This document shows, in pieces, positions 23,696 to 36,430 of a stretch of 64,000 bases of DNA. This DNA comes from Anolis carolinensis (taxonomy: Eukaryota). Position 1 is the first letter of the stretch. Every line of letters starts with the position of its first letter. The position numbers and the translations under genes are program-made. The notes below the pieces were generated by a model that was given only the letters and a program-made list of their open reading frames with translations, was not told the DNA's origin and did no database searches. The stretch is taken from the NCBI RefSeq assembly GCF_035594765.1, contig NC_085846.1, positions 32,971,190 through 33,035,189 of the forward strand, read 5' to 3'.

Positions 23696-26600
23696 GAGTA
23701 CAAGTCCCAGAATATCCACCCAACAGCTTTTCCAAAACTGCATCCCTATGCTCTATATTAGGGAGCCCTGAAATGTCTTGAACTAGAACTCCAAGTAGAA
23801 GTTGCCATGGGATAATTATTTCAAAGGAGATGGGGATTCATTCAATGTTTTGTTTGAAAACTTTGGGTTTTACAGGAACCTTTTGTAGGATATCTAGGAA
23901 ATTGTTTAGAGCACTCTTTTAAGTGTTTGGGATTGAACACGTTGATCATCACAATAACACAAACTGATTAAACTGAAGTGGGGAAAGGGCCAGCTGGAGA
24001 GCACAAGTTTTGTGTAGTGAAGGTCCCAGGTCCAATTCTAGACATCTTCAATGGAAGGATTCCTAGCTGAAACTCCTGACAACAGGCAAAAAAGACAATA
24101 CTGGACTAAATGGTCCAGTAATCTTGACTTTGTACAAGGTAGTTTTATAAGAACTAAAAACGTAAAGATGGAAGGATGCAATGGCTTCAGGAGTGGATTG
24201 TCTGGTGTAAGTTATGGGCTGATGCTCCATCTTAGAGATAGAAATGTCACACGTTGAAACCATGGTGTGTGTTGTGATTCAGTACTGGTCAAATAACTGA
24301 CACTTGACAATCTATTTCTCCTACCGGAGGATGATAATGGATGAAGAGCATGATCCCCAACCTTTAAAAGTGTCAGTTGGGTTTTTTAGGGAAGATAAAG
24401 CTAGCAGGGAGACAAGCTATAGAAGCACACTAGGAATAGGATGGGAAGAAAAAAGAGCCCTTCAGATTTCCTCTGGGGAGGAGGTTCTTGCAGTGTAAAA
24501 ACAGACTGAACACAGTGCTGAAAGATAATTGAATACAGAAAAGCTCTAGTCTTATGAAAGGATTTGCAAATTTGTCATTCCATTATGCATTTTTTTTTAA
24601 AAAAAAATCCTGCTCAAGAAACACTCTTCAATCAGCTGACGGCTCCTTTTTAGGGCTGAAGAAAAGTTCCTCTTTCAGGAAAGGTCTACAGCTCAGGAGA
24701 GATGCTTTGTGTGAGTAAAGATCTAGGTTCTTGTCAACTCAGGTAACATGATATTCAAGATCTTCTGTCTTTTCCCCTCAGGATGTAAAAGAAAGGAGTG
24801 TGATTTTAATCAAAAACGTGGTCCTAGCCCTGACTACTGCTCTGATCAAAACCTGACTAGTAAAAAGAGCAATCTAAATAGCATGGAGACTCTTCAGTAT
24901 CTCCTGCATTGTTTTTTTTAGATTACCTGGATTTTCAGATGCCTGGATGAAGAAACATTTTTGCCTGGAGATTTGTTAAAAACAGACAAGTTTGGCTCAG
25001 ATGGATCCTATGAGGCAGCCTTATATGAATACACACAATGGAGCCTTTCAGAAGCTTAAGACACCATGACTTCCTCCAAATCCTTATGAGATCAAGGACT
25101 AAGGGATCCACCCTTTGCATATTTTCCCAGAAGAAAGATCCAATCATTTAAATGAGATTTGATAACATGTAGCCTAGGTAAGATTCTGGAATGCACATAC
25201 ACACACCCACATGAACACACATACGTATCTCCTAGTTCCATTACACAGTGCTAGTGTTAACACAAGATGGGAAGTGTTTAAAGTGTGAACATAGCTCTGC
25301 AATGTTTGCTTATGAATGGCATGTGAGATGAGAAGACAATGGTCAAAACTATAGGGCTGAAATCTGGGAAGAACAAAACAAAGGGCTGCAACTAGAAGGA
25401 GCAGAGTTATGTGATTTTGTGAGCTGGTTACTTCTGAGTGTCTTTTCCGGAAACGCTCAAATGAGCATAAAGGAACCTGAACATCTGTTTATAGGGGCTT
25501 AGTGTATGTGTGCACATATGTACAGGATATCTGTGTTACCACTTAAGTACAAGGAGAAAATGCCAGGGCAGAAGGTTAACCAACCAGGCTGTGGGGTCTC
25601 TCATCTTTGGATGCTTTTAAAACAATTATTGCAAGGGTATTAATTAGGTTTTAGGAGCAGTTCAGATAAGACTGACCCTTCCTTTCTGTGGAACTCGGAG
25701 GTGTTTTCACCCTTAGGAAACCCACCCCAGAGGCAACCCTCCCATATACATGAATTTGAATCTTCCACCCAAAGATTCTGTTAGCTGCATAACCCCAAGA
25801 TAAACAATTTCAAAGGCGAGCAGCTGCAATTCCCTGGCAAGATAGCTGATGGGAATACAGCTAGGGCCGTGTATACTCTGCACTTTAAAATCACACCAGC
25901 AAACAGCTAAATCCCACATCAAGAAAAGCCGAACCGTTAAGCAAAACTGCACATCTGTGCTTGTTTTGCATAATATATTCTGCTTCTGCACTGGAGTCTT
26001 CCACTCTGAACCACTAGAAATCCCCCTTTGAGATTTCACCAGGGTTTCGTGCACATCTTCATGGAATAGTGCTCTTCTTAAAATAATGAAACAGATGTAT
26101 CCAAAACCAAATCCTATGCTCCCATGGAACTGTGGACAGCTTTATATTCAGCCCTGAATATAACCAACCGTGCTGTGCTGGCATGTGGGACTCAATACCA
26201 GCTTAGCAGTAATGCCCCCCATGAACCCCATGTTGTCAAAGGTGATTGAAAACAAAACAAAACAAAAAACAATTACTGTTTTCTTCCAACCCCAATTTCG
26301 TTTGTGTGATTTTTCTTTTTTTTCTTTTTTGTGAACAGACCCGTACAAAGATTTTTTTCTTCTTAATTAAAAAAAATTATACATACTTATATATATATTT
26401 CTGTATATTAGCTTAAACTGGAGCTGTGTTCTCCATGCGCCGGCCCCTGAACCTTCAAATGGTACATCTCACATGCACCCAAAGCCCATCATGTAACGTT
26501 TCCCACGGCGTCTTGAATGAGGTAAGAGGTAAAGGTTTTTTTTTCCCAACGGAAACCAAGTGACAGAGAAGAGAAAGAAAAGGAAGGGGAGGGAGGAGTT

Positions 26601-27588
26601 TAAAAATGTACCCCTCTCCCCTAATATTACATTACAGTTGCAAAAGAAGTCTGGCTAACAGATTGACAGAGAGATGGATCTATCACAGAAGAAGTGGCTC
26701 AAGCGAGAGGTCTGACCCATTAACAATGTTAAGTGCCAAAATACTTGCATTAAGGTGATCACAGTTTGGTTTGCATTAAGGGTGAAACGGACAGGAAGGA
26801 GAAAGGGAGAAGCGGAACTTTCTTATCTCCAAAAATACTTTACGTGGGCAAATCTTTAGATTAGGAACTAGAGGTTCCAGTGCCAGATCTACCCCTAGAC
26901 ATCTCTTGCCACATGGCCATCCCAGAGGCAAGAGAGCGGTGTCAAAGGCAAGCCTGGTGGCCGTGGCAATATGGCTCTCTGGTCACCATTTTGGGGAACG
27001 GGAGGACGGCCTGGCTAACCACCAATCTTCCTTTCCTCAAAACGGCACCCTCATGAAATTAGTTACTGGGCTGAGCATCAGGGATTCTGCCCAAACAACT
27101 AGCAACAGAGATGCAGCATCCTTTTTTAAAAAAATGCATGTCAACATGAGATCAAGAATGAAGAGCTGCTGCTTCTCTTTTATCAGCTTGGACAAAATCT
27201 TGATGACGTTTTCCAAAAGTGAGATTGCTCACTGGGGCCTGTATTAGTCTTGATTAGAGTAGACTCACTGAATCAATGGGGTATACCTCTATGTTCAGAA
27301 ACTGAATCAATGGGTCTACTCTAAGTGGGACTAACCAACAGGATGGTGAACTGAAAACTGCAACTGGAATTACTCCCACCTTGGTTGTACAACCTAAGGC
27401 TAAGAACAGGTTAAGGTTGCCACATTGGGGAAGGACATGTATTAAAATATCATTTTCTTGACCCAGTGCACTTTCCAAAGGGAGAACTTGATTGGATTTG
27501 GCAAGGAGGATCTAACAGACACATTGCTTCCCCGCTGCTAAAGAATAACCATCTAAAACAGACCTGGACAACATGTGGCCCTCTAAGT

Positions 27589-27951
27589 CAGTGGTTCTCA
27601 ACCTGTGGGTCCCCAGATGTTTTGGCCTTCCATTCCCAGAAATCTTAACAGCTGGTAAACTGGGTTGTTGTGAGTCTTTCTGGCTGCATGGCCATATTCC
27701 AGAAGCTTTCTCTCCCGACCTTTTGCCCACATCTGTGGCATGTACCTCACAACCTCTGGGGATGCCTGCCAGAGATGTGGGCGAAACGTCAGGAAAGAAG
27801 GCTTTTGGAACATGGCCATACAGCCCGAAAGAATCACAGCAACCCAGTGATTCCGGCCATGAAAGCCTTCGACAATAAGCTGTTAAACTGGCTGGGATTT
27901 CTGGGAGTTGTTGGCCAAAACACCTGGGGACCCACAGGTTGAGAACCACTG
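27589..27951. mobile_element. Palindromic hAT MITE interrupted by a Penelope insertion
   Basis: TIR CAGTGGTTCTCAACCTGTGGGTCCCCAG, perfect TSD CTCTAAGT. Confidence 0.8.
27661..27877. mobile_element. Penelope-like inverted pLTR nested in a hAT MITE
   Basis: Inverted pLTR arms flanked by gctggtaaactg/gctgttaaactg, in the loop of the palindromic MITE. Confidence 0.75.
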
Positions 27952-29044
27952 CTCTAAGTGTTTTGGCTTCCAGATCCCAGAATTCCTGACCATTGGACAA
28001 ACTAGCTAAGGTTTCTGGGAGTTGGAGTCCCAAACACCTGGAGGGCCACAGGATCTAAAGGCCTGATCTAGAAGATCTTTGCCATTTCCTCCCCTGAACA
28101 TGAACGCAACTGGTGTCAACAGCTGGGTTGAAGATTTAAAGGAGTGTGGGGCACAGGATACCGTAGAACAAAGATTTTAAAACAGAGAGTAAAATACTTG
28201 GCACCTTCCTCAACTAAGTTACACAGAGCTAGTCACCATAAGAGCTCTTAAATGTTAGGAAGTCTGCAGATCTCTTGGTTATGAGAGGGATGCTACTGCC
28301 TCCCTATGAACGTTAGCAGTTTCTTGTCTTCTACATCGATAAGTGCCATTTGCAAAACAAACAAAACAAGGATTCGACCCTTACTGGATTCCCCTGGAGC
28401 GTGGAAGAGCCAGGAATCCTGGCTCATGGCTGCTCCAGAGAGAAGAGCAGAGGGAGGGCAGGGCATCGAGAGTACTAGTGCAGCAAAAAGTGTACCGCCC
28501 CGTGGCGTGGGAAAGCGTGTGCAAAGAACTAGCGAGAGCCGTTTAAAAAGCCCGGTGGGAACGACATTGCATGCGGCCTTTCAGCTGGGGGTGGAGGCAG
28601 TGTAAGAGCGGGTGGGGACGTGTTGGACCACCCACCCACCTTTGCCCAACATGGAGGTAGATTGGCTGAAGCCTCGGGTAAGGGAGGAGCTTTGGGGGCG
28701 GGGAGGGAGGTGGATGAAGAAACCCCTCAGCACTGGAATATAAAGCTGGCACCCCTATGATTCAAGCCCTGCAGTGCGATTCGAAGCAAAATAAAATAGA
28801 TCTCTTATTCAATCACCTGTGTCTCCACCAGGGGAGGATCAGGCAGAGGGGAGCCTTTGTTTTTTCAAAGTGCATTTGTCCTTCAGTCTGGGACCTTAAG
28901 CCTCAATTTGAGTTTTATTTACCTATTTGCCAAACCTACCTGTGACTTTCCTCCCCTCTGCTCTGCCTACCCCTCAATAATTTAATAGGATCTCTCTCTT
29001 AACTCTCTCGGTTCCTTTTCTTTCTTTCTTTTTTAAAAAAAATC

Positions 29045-29050
29045 TTTATT
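29045..29050 (-). terminator. Candidate proximal THRA poly(A) signal
   Basis: AATAAA on minus strand about 830 nt after the THRA stop, in AU-rich context. Confidence 0.4.
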
Positions 29051-29878
29051 TCTTTTTATAAAAAAGTGCATTTTATATTTTAGCCTCTCAGGGAGGGTAA
29101 CTAAATGCTATAAGTTCTAAAAGTAAATGAAGACAAGGAAAAAAACATAACCAAACACACTCTGACGTTTCCTGGGACTGTTATGTGCAAAAGAAACATA
29201 TATATATTTATATATATTGGTAATTAAGTCCATTTAAACGAGAGAGGTTTGATCAGGGCTAAAGCGGAGAGGTGCCAACGGTTTCCAGTGCTGTGGAGCT
29301 GGGGAAGTTTTTTCTTAAGGGGGAAAAGAGCAAAGGTGTCTTTGTTGGGGAGGGAGGGGTATAACATAACGGATCGGTTTCCTCCTTTCCACATTGCGTC
29401 AAAATTAAAGATGGACATTTCACCCTGCAAAGATCACTTTGGGACAAAAGGGGATTTGAGGAAGTAAGATACACAGGGGATGGGTGGGAAACATATTGCC
29501 CACGTAAAAAAAATTTAAGTCTGTCTAGACAAAAAAAAGTGTTGGCTGCTGCACAAGTCTACCTTGTAACAAAGGTTTTGCTTAGTCTCAACCTTTTTTT
29601 TTTTTGGTGGCCCAACCCCTACCGACGATGCCCCGCCTCCCCATCCACGTGATTCACTGATGCTGACGTGCAATATTTAGAAAAACAAAACAAAAACAAA
29701 AAAGAAAAGAAAAAATGAAAACAACAAAACAGAACAAAAAAAGAAGAAATAAAATCTGTTATGTCCGAGGTGATGAGGTGGGGGCACTGTGGCCCAAGTC
29801 CAGACATCGCCCCAGTCCCAAATTGCCCCACGTCCCCAATTCTCCCGCACCCCTGTTTGCCCCCTCCCTCCCCACACC

Positions 29879-30169
<291 letters not shown>

Positions 30170-30305
30170 TTAAGCCACAGCTCCTATTGCATTTTGTGCA
30201 AAATACACTGTTTCTTGTAAGAACTGTGCCTTTTTGTGCAGAAAACAGGTTTTCTCCCCACCCCAAAATGAATTTTCTGTGCAGAAAATGATGCGTAGTT
30301 TTGAG

Positions 30306-30410
30306 CAGTGGTTCCCAACCTGTGGTCCGTGGACTAAAAACTGATTTGTAACCCTTTTGGTACTAATGTTGGAGAGCGGTCCCTGGTCAAAAAAAGGTTG
30401 GAAATCACTG
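30306..30410 (-). mobile_element. Internally deleted copy of the same hAT family
   Basis: Same TIRs, TSD gttttgag/ggtttgag. Confidence 0.75.
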
Positions 30411-30898
30411 GGTTTGAGCGAATTGTATAAAGTAGCTTTGCACAAGAGACAAATTTCCAAATGAAGCAATCTTCAGTGGGCATTTTGAGTACCAGGATAT
30501 CCATATTCCATTGAGCAGTTCTCTAAGGTGCATTGACAGGGCAAGGATTCACCAGTGCTTTTTTCCCCTCAGACAGCATTACAGGAGCTTTTGGATGTCA
30601 GGTAATAATGGTGATTGGTTGGTAACAATGGTATTTGGTTGTATCTCTGATTTTGGGTAAACGTGGTCTAGCCAGGAACATATCCCTGGTGGAAACTGGG
30701 ATCTTACTGTACCACTAGCATTACCAATCAACTACCTGTACCACTGTCATGGTTTTTGTTTACGTCTTTTTTGCTTTTGATTCTATCTTTGATGGCTACT
30801 TCAGTTTTGTACAATTTTATTTAAAATGTGATGTCATTGTTTATTGTTTGTCAGATTAGTATAAAATGATTTTCTCTTTAATAAAAAAAGTCCCTTAC

Positions 30899-31157
30899 CT
30901 GAGGACATGAGCAGCACAGCTTGGAGCAGCGCTACTTCAGTGTCATCCAGGTTGAAGGCAGAGAGAGACTTGCCCAGATCAAAGATGGCATCCGAGACCA
31001 CACCCAAACCGCCGTTCTTCAGCTGCTCCCGCTTGACAGCCATCTCGCCACTTAGTGTCAGAGTCTCACTTTCGGGGTCGTAGCGCACTGCTGCCCGCAA
31101 TGACATGATCTCCATGCAGCAGCCCTTCAAAAGGATGATCTGGTCCTCACAAGGCAG
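30899..31157 (-). CDS. THRA: THRA exon 8 equivalent (LBD)
   Basis: [31 protein letters not shown]...[11 protein letters not shown], 259 nt. Confidence 0.98.
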
Positions 31158-31599
31158 CTGCAGCCAGAGAGAGACACAGTTAGTGTTAGGCTCAGCATGA
31201 AGGGACTCATCAAGGGAGCTTCTTTGTGGTTTACGTTTACTTTTGGGTGTTCTGGGAGTCCGAAAAGCAAGCTTGCACAGCTCTGCACAGGGGGATAAAC
31301 CTTGGGATATAGGAGAAAGGCTCACGTGAAATGAATAAACCGTGCGCAACAGCAACATATTAAAAAGAAGACAAGGAATGAGAAGGATGGAACTCAAGAT
31401 CCTAAACAGAGAGGCTGGGTATGAATTAAAGTTAAGGGAAGAGCTGAAGTAGAAAAGAGTAAGCATGAAGGTAAATTGAAAGGAGGGAAATATCAAATTC
31501 ATCAGATATGGCTTCTCTAGTTGGAGCACTAAGTAGTTGTTTTCAGTAAGAAGTTGACTGACTCTTGCAGAATCCTCACAGCCATATTCCCGACAGCTT

Positions 31600-31878
31600 T
31601 ATTATTTAATTGCATCAGTAGCGACTTGAGAACATACTGCAAGTTGCTTCCTGGTGTGAGAGAACTGGCAGCCTACAGAGACATTTCCCAGGGGATGCTT
31701 GGATGTGTTACCATCCTGAAGGGAAGCTTCTCTCATGTCCCTGCAAGCTAGAGCTGACAAGACAGGAGCTCACCCCATCTAGCGGATTTGAACCAGCAAC
31801 CTTCAAGTCAGCAACCCAACCTTCAGGTCAACAGTTCAGCCGGCACAAGGGTTTAACCCATTATGCCACTGCGGCTCC
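31600..31878 (-). mobile_element. tRNA-derived SINE (Anolis SINE2-like)
   Basis: Colinear with 16480-16748. Confidence 0.8.
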
Positions 31879-33838
31879 TCCCGGACAACTAACTGATCAT
31901 GACTGAGTAGTAGGTTATTGCAGGATAATGTTCATGCCGTCCCCCCCCCCCCCCCCCTTCATTGCTCCCTACCATTTGGGCCAATCCTTCTGGTTCTTGA
32001 CATTAGCTTAATTATTTCCATTCAACAGAAACACAAAGCAGTTAATAGTTGTAACACCAGTAACCCAAACTCTTTGCATGTGAAACAATAAATAGGTTTC
32101 AAATCAGTACAGATAAAATGAAAACAGTAACCACCTCTGGGTATTCCTTGCCTATGAAAACCTTATGAAACTCATGAGGTTGCTATAAGTCGACAGGTGA
32201 CTTGAAGTCACATATACACACACAAAGTAAAATTGGAAATTATACGAAAGCCTAAGAAGGCGAGGAGGTGAAAGACGGAAAGCAATCTTATCCTTAGTGA
32301 GGACCAGCTTCATATCCATTAAGGAAAAGACTGAGTGCAGGACCTCAAGAGATGGTCTTAATTCATAAGAAAATATAAATTTGGTTATTCCAAACTGTAT
32401 TATTCCATCAATACCACTAAACTGTATTGCTGGCCTAATCTCCTGCTACTTCAGTGCCAACCTTCAACTCTAACTTTGTGTTAGGTGTTTCCCCTTCCTA
32501 ATGGTTGTTTCTGTTCCCACACCCAGTCACCCTCTAAATGTACCAGGTTTTGGCCCAGTTTTGTTGCTGATTGTAGCACTAGCTCTGATCTGTATATTTC
32601 AACCAGGTGCAAATGGGGTTTAGTGTGTGTGGTTTCCTGCCATTACCTCAACACCTTCCTGTATGCTATTCTCTCAGTACTCATGTAATAGCCCCCCCCC
32701 CCCACACACAATTTTCTGTTTTCTATTTATAATTCTCTTTTAAAATATATTTTGTATACTCAAAGTAGTAAAGTGATGTAAGGCAATACCATTTTTGAAC
32801 TATAACTCTAAAGAGATGGCTATGTGTGCGTGTGTGGGAAAAAATTTTGTCTGGCAAAAGTAAATATAATGAGGAAACAAACATCGGTAGAAAGCATCTG
32901 TGGCAACACTCACAATCCCATTCAACACCCCATCAGTGGAACTGCTAAAAATATTGCAGGAGAAACCAAAACAATGGATACAAATGCGTGACATTTATCC
33001 CAGTCTCCATCCAAAACCCCTGGGATGGAAAAAGAAAGGACAACCCTGTACCATGAATAAAAAAGTTGTGGTTAATACCAGCCTAGACATTTATGAGAGA
33101 ATTACCAAGATAGAAATGTTGTACAGATATCAGAGAAAAATCCTCAGTACATACAGCTGTAACTACCACGAAATCTCAAGATCTTTGGCCAGTCTGGAGG
33201 TGCCTTCTAGCATGACGAGCAAATCTAGTTATTTAAAGTAAAGGTAGAATGTCTGGGATGATCCTAACCAATCGGAAAGGAAAGTTAAAGTGAAAAATAA
33301 GACACAAGCAATCCTATGGCAATCCACAAACGTTAATAGAAAACAAAGAAAAAACCTTGACACACATAAAAACGTTTAAGCTATCTATCTATCTACCATT
33401 AATTCATCCTGGTTGCACAAACTGATAACAATCCTTCATGCGCTCAGCTTCACTTTCTGTATCTGCCCCACAGAGTAAGTTCAGGAACAAAACCTAGTGA
33501 AAACATACCTATTTATAACCCCATATTTTCAGTAACCACCCTCACTCCAGAGTGCTGCAGCTGTTCTTTTTGATGTCTTCTATCTAGAAAGGTGTAGCTA
33601 GAGGGAAGAAAGTGTAAAGGAAGACGCAAGAAGTGGCTCTAGGGCCAAAACTGATGTGAGGAGACACTTCTAAAATATCTCTTGCTGATCATCAGCCCTG
33701 AAGTTTATACTAATGGGAGACAGTAAATGGCTGGTTGCAGACGTCCCATTATTTGCCTACAAAAGAAGCAAAACCACACACCCCAACTTCTTTCTCACCT
33801 CATTTCTCATAATGTAATACCAATTATTCACCACTCAC

Positions 33839-33985
33839 CTCTGAAAACATGGGCAGTTTTTTGGCAAAATCCACCACACGAGTGATGGCTGGGGTGATAA
33901 TCTTCGTAAACTCACTGAATGCCTCCAAGTCCACTTTGTCCCCATCAGGCATGGAGGCCATGGGAGACTGACCAATGTCTTCGGG
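33839..33985 (-). CDS. THRA: THRA exon 7 equivalent (LBD)
   Basis: [49 protein letters not shown], 147 nt. Read by hand, not in the ORF track. Confidence 0.98.
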
Positions 33986-35989
33986 CTGCAAGTAGAAAAA
34001 GAAGAAGGGAAAAATTAATACTTTCTGAAGTAGACAGAGGTCAATTTTCCTTCTGCTTATTGGAAAACCACTTTACAAGCTCAAAACCAGAATCAGAAAC
34101 TCTAGCTTTCCTTATACCCTCCCTTTTCCCCAGTCTTTCCAACCCAAAACATAGTGTATTATTCTACTATTGAACAGGGCAAATGCTAGTGTTGAAGATA
34201 CTGAGAGTAATCTTTAATGCAAGTATTTGATTGCCAATTTTGTTTAGTTATTAAGGTTAGCGACCCTTGGTGGTGACTATGGAAACCTTTAGATAAATGC
34301 TTTGTTTTATCTTTTCAATACCTTGCTAAAACAATTTGCGCAAATGCTATTGATTTGTCAACCACTCTTTCCTTTTGCACATTATACACTCCTGGTATCC
34401 CTTGCATGTAGTACATTTCCATTGCCTATTATTATTTGAAGATTTAACTTTCTATTAATTTATCTTTCAATCATTCTCCAATATGCCTGTGTTCTATCAT
34501 TTTCCCATATCATGTGATTAAACACACCTACTTATTTACAACCATGCCAACACATGTCCTTTGCCCCTGGTAAAAATGTGAAAGTTGTGCAGGAGTCCTA
34601 TACTATTTTTTGTAACATTTGCCTTCTTGCTTCCCTTAATACATTATATTTTTCCTTGACTATATTACTTATTTCCCTTTCGATGTCTTCCCTTTCAATT
34701 TCCATATCCATTCTCTACCTTTTTTGACCACGGCCCATGGCCCAATGTCTAGCATTGAAACATCAGGTGTGCACTTACAAACACAGTTTAGGTATATAAA
34801 GAAAGGGGCCAGGCAATGAAAAGAGAACAAATATGAGTTCTGGCTATGAATGATTTTCCAATATGGTAGAAATTTGGGAAGTGAAAAAAAAATCATTTTG
34901 GGGGGCAGAATTCTTATTTGTGGGGGCAATGCCCACATTTATCTCTCCCCCCCACCCACCCAAATAGCTACACCCCACAACAGTGACAGATTCGGAGACC
35001 AATTTTCTGCCTCTGATACTCTTTGGGGGCTTGTAGATAACAAAAAATTCAATCCTCCAAACAATCAAACAAACAAAAGCAAAACATCCCCGTCCCCAAA
35101 CACAATCCTCCCCTTAACAAAGCACTGCAAGTGGTCAGAGGTCCATTTCTGCTTTTGAAAAATGACTACTTTTTAACATTAAATAGAGCAGGAGATGGCC
35201 TTGCAACCTATTTAAAAGATGAATAGTCACTTCTGGAGCTTCCAGAAGAAGCAATTCAACTTTTTTATTGGCCAGGAAATTTACTGTAAGTGTAGAGGGC
35301 CTGAAGAGAGCAAAAACAGCCTTGGGCAGCTGCATTTTGTCCATCTCAATTTAAAATGCACAATACTTAGAGAATTCAGTTTAATGTTAAAAATGGGAGG
35401 GGGAATGGAGGCTTAGGATATAAAGTAACTCATTAAATCAAGGACGAAGACAGGCATAATGTCAACAAAGAAATGTCACAGTATGTTCTCCAAACTAGAG
35501 CATAAGCCTGGCCTCCTCTTCTTAGCTTTGCAATTTGTGCAACCAGTCAACCAAATGCTGGTGTGATCATTAGTCTTGCAACTGCACCCCTCTAAAAGAA
35601 GTAGAATGATTTCTTTTATAAAAAGAATTAAAAAACATGGTGTATTATCTTTATATGATTTTCGACAGCTGTTTTTCACAAACAAATGGAACCATATTTA
35701 AATTTGATCTGCGGATTTGGGAGCTGCTAAGGATCCAAATGCTGCCTTTGCTACCTCCACCTAATGGCAAAACAGATTCAAGCATGCTTTGCAATTATCT
35801 GGGAGTACAGGATTGTAAGGATACTTCCTTGATTTTGGAATCATTCATGCCTGTCCTATTAGACACAAAAACCTTGGTAACAGAAAATCCTGCAAGATGG
35901 GACTGTAACTGCTGTAGATTTCCTCAAAGCAACCACTTTATTATACTAACTTACCACTCTCACAAAGTTCATCAAGAAACAGCTTTCTG

Positions 35990-36430
35990 AGATTCTACAG
36001 AGACACTCATAGGAACACCTCAGCAAGTGAGAGTCCAAAAGTGGCAGGCTAAAACCCGGAACCTCAATCCATAGCTGATACCAGATGAGAAATTCCCCCC
36101 TGGGCACACAGAAGACTGGCGACTTGGAAGGCGCTGAACAGACTGTGCTCTGGGACCACGAGATGCAGAGCCACTCTTAAGAAATGGGGCTACACGTGGA
36201 GTCCATGACATGCGAGTGTGGAGAAGAGCAAACCACAGACCACTTACTACAATGCAGTCTGAGCCCTGCCACATGCACAATGGAGAACCTTCTCACAGCG
36301 ACACCAGAGGCACTCCAAGTGGCCAGCTTCTGGTCAAAGGAAATTTAGCATAATGCCAAGTTTTTAACTTTGTGTTTTTTAAATACATTATAACTGTACC
36401 CTCAATTCACTTCTGACACGATAAATAAAA
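35990..36430 (+). mobile_element. Vingi/Ingi-clade LINE 3' fragment
   Basis: Remnant WKALNRL.SGTTRCRA..KKWGY...CECGEEQTTDHLLQC (CCHC finger), 3' end CTTCTGACACGATAAATAAA. Confidence 0.7.
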
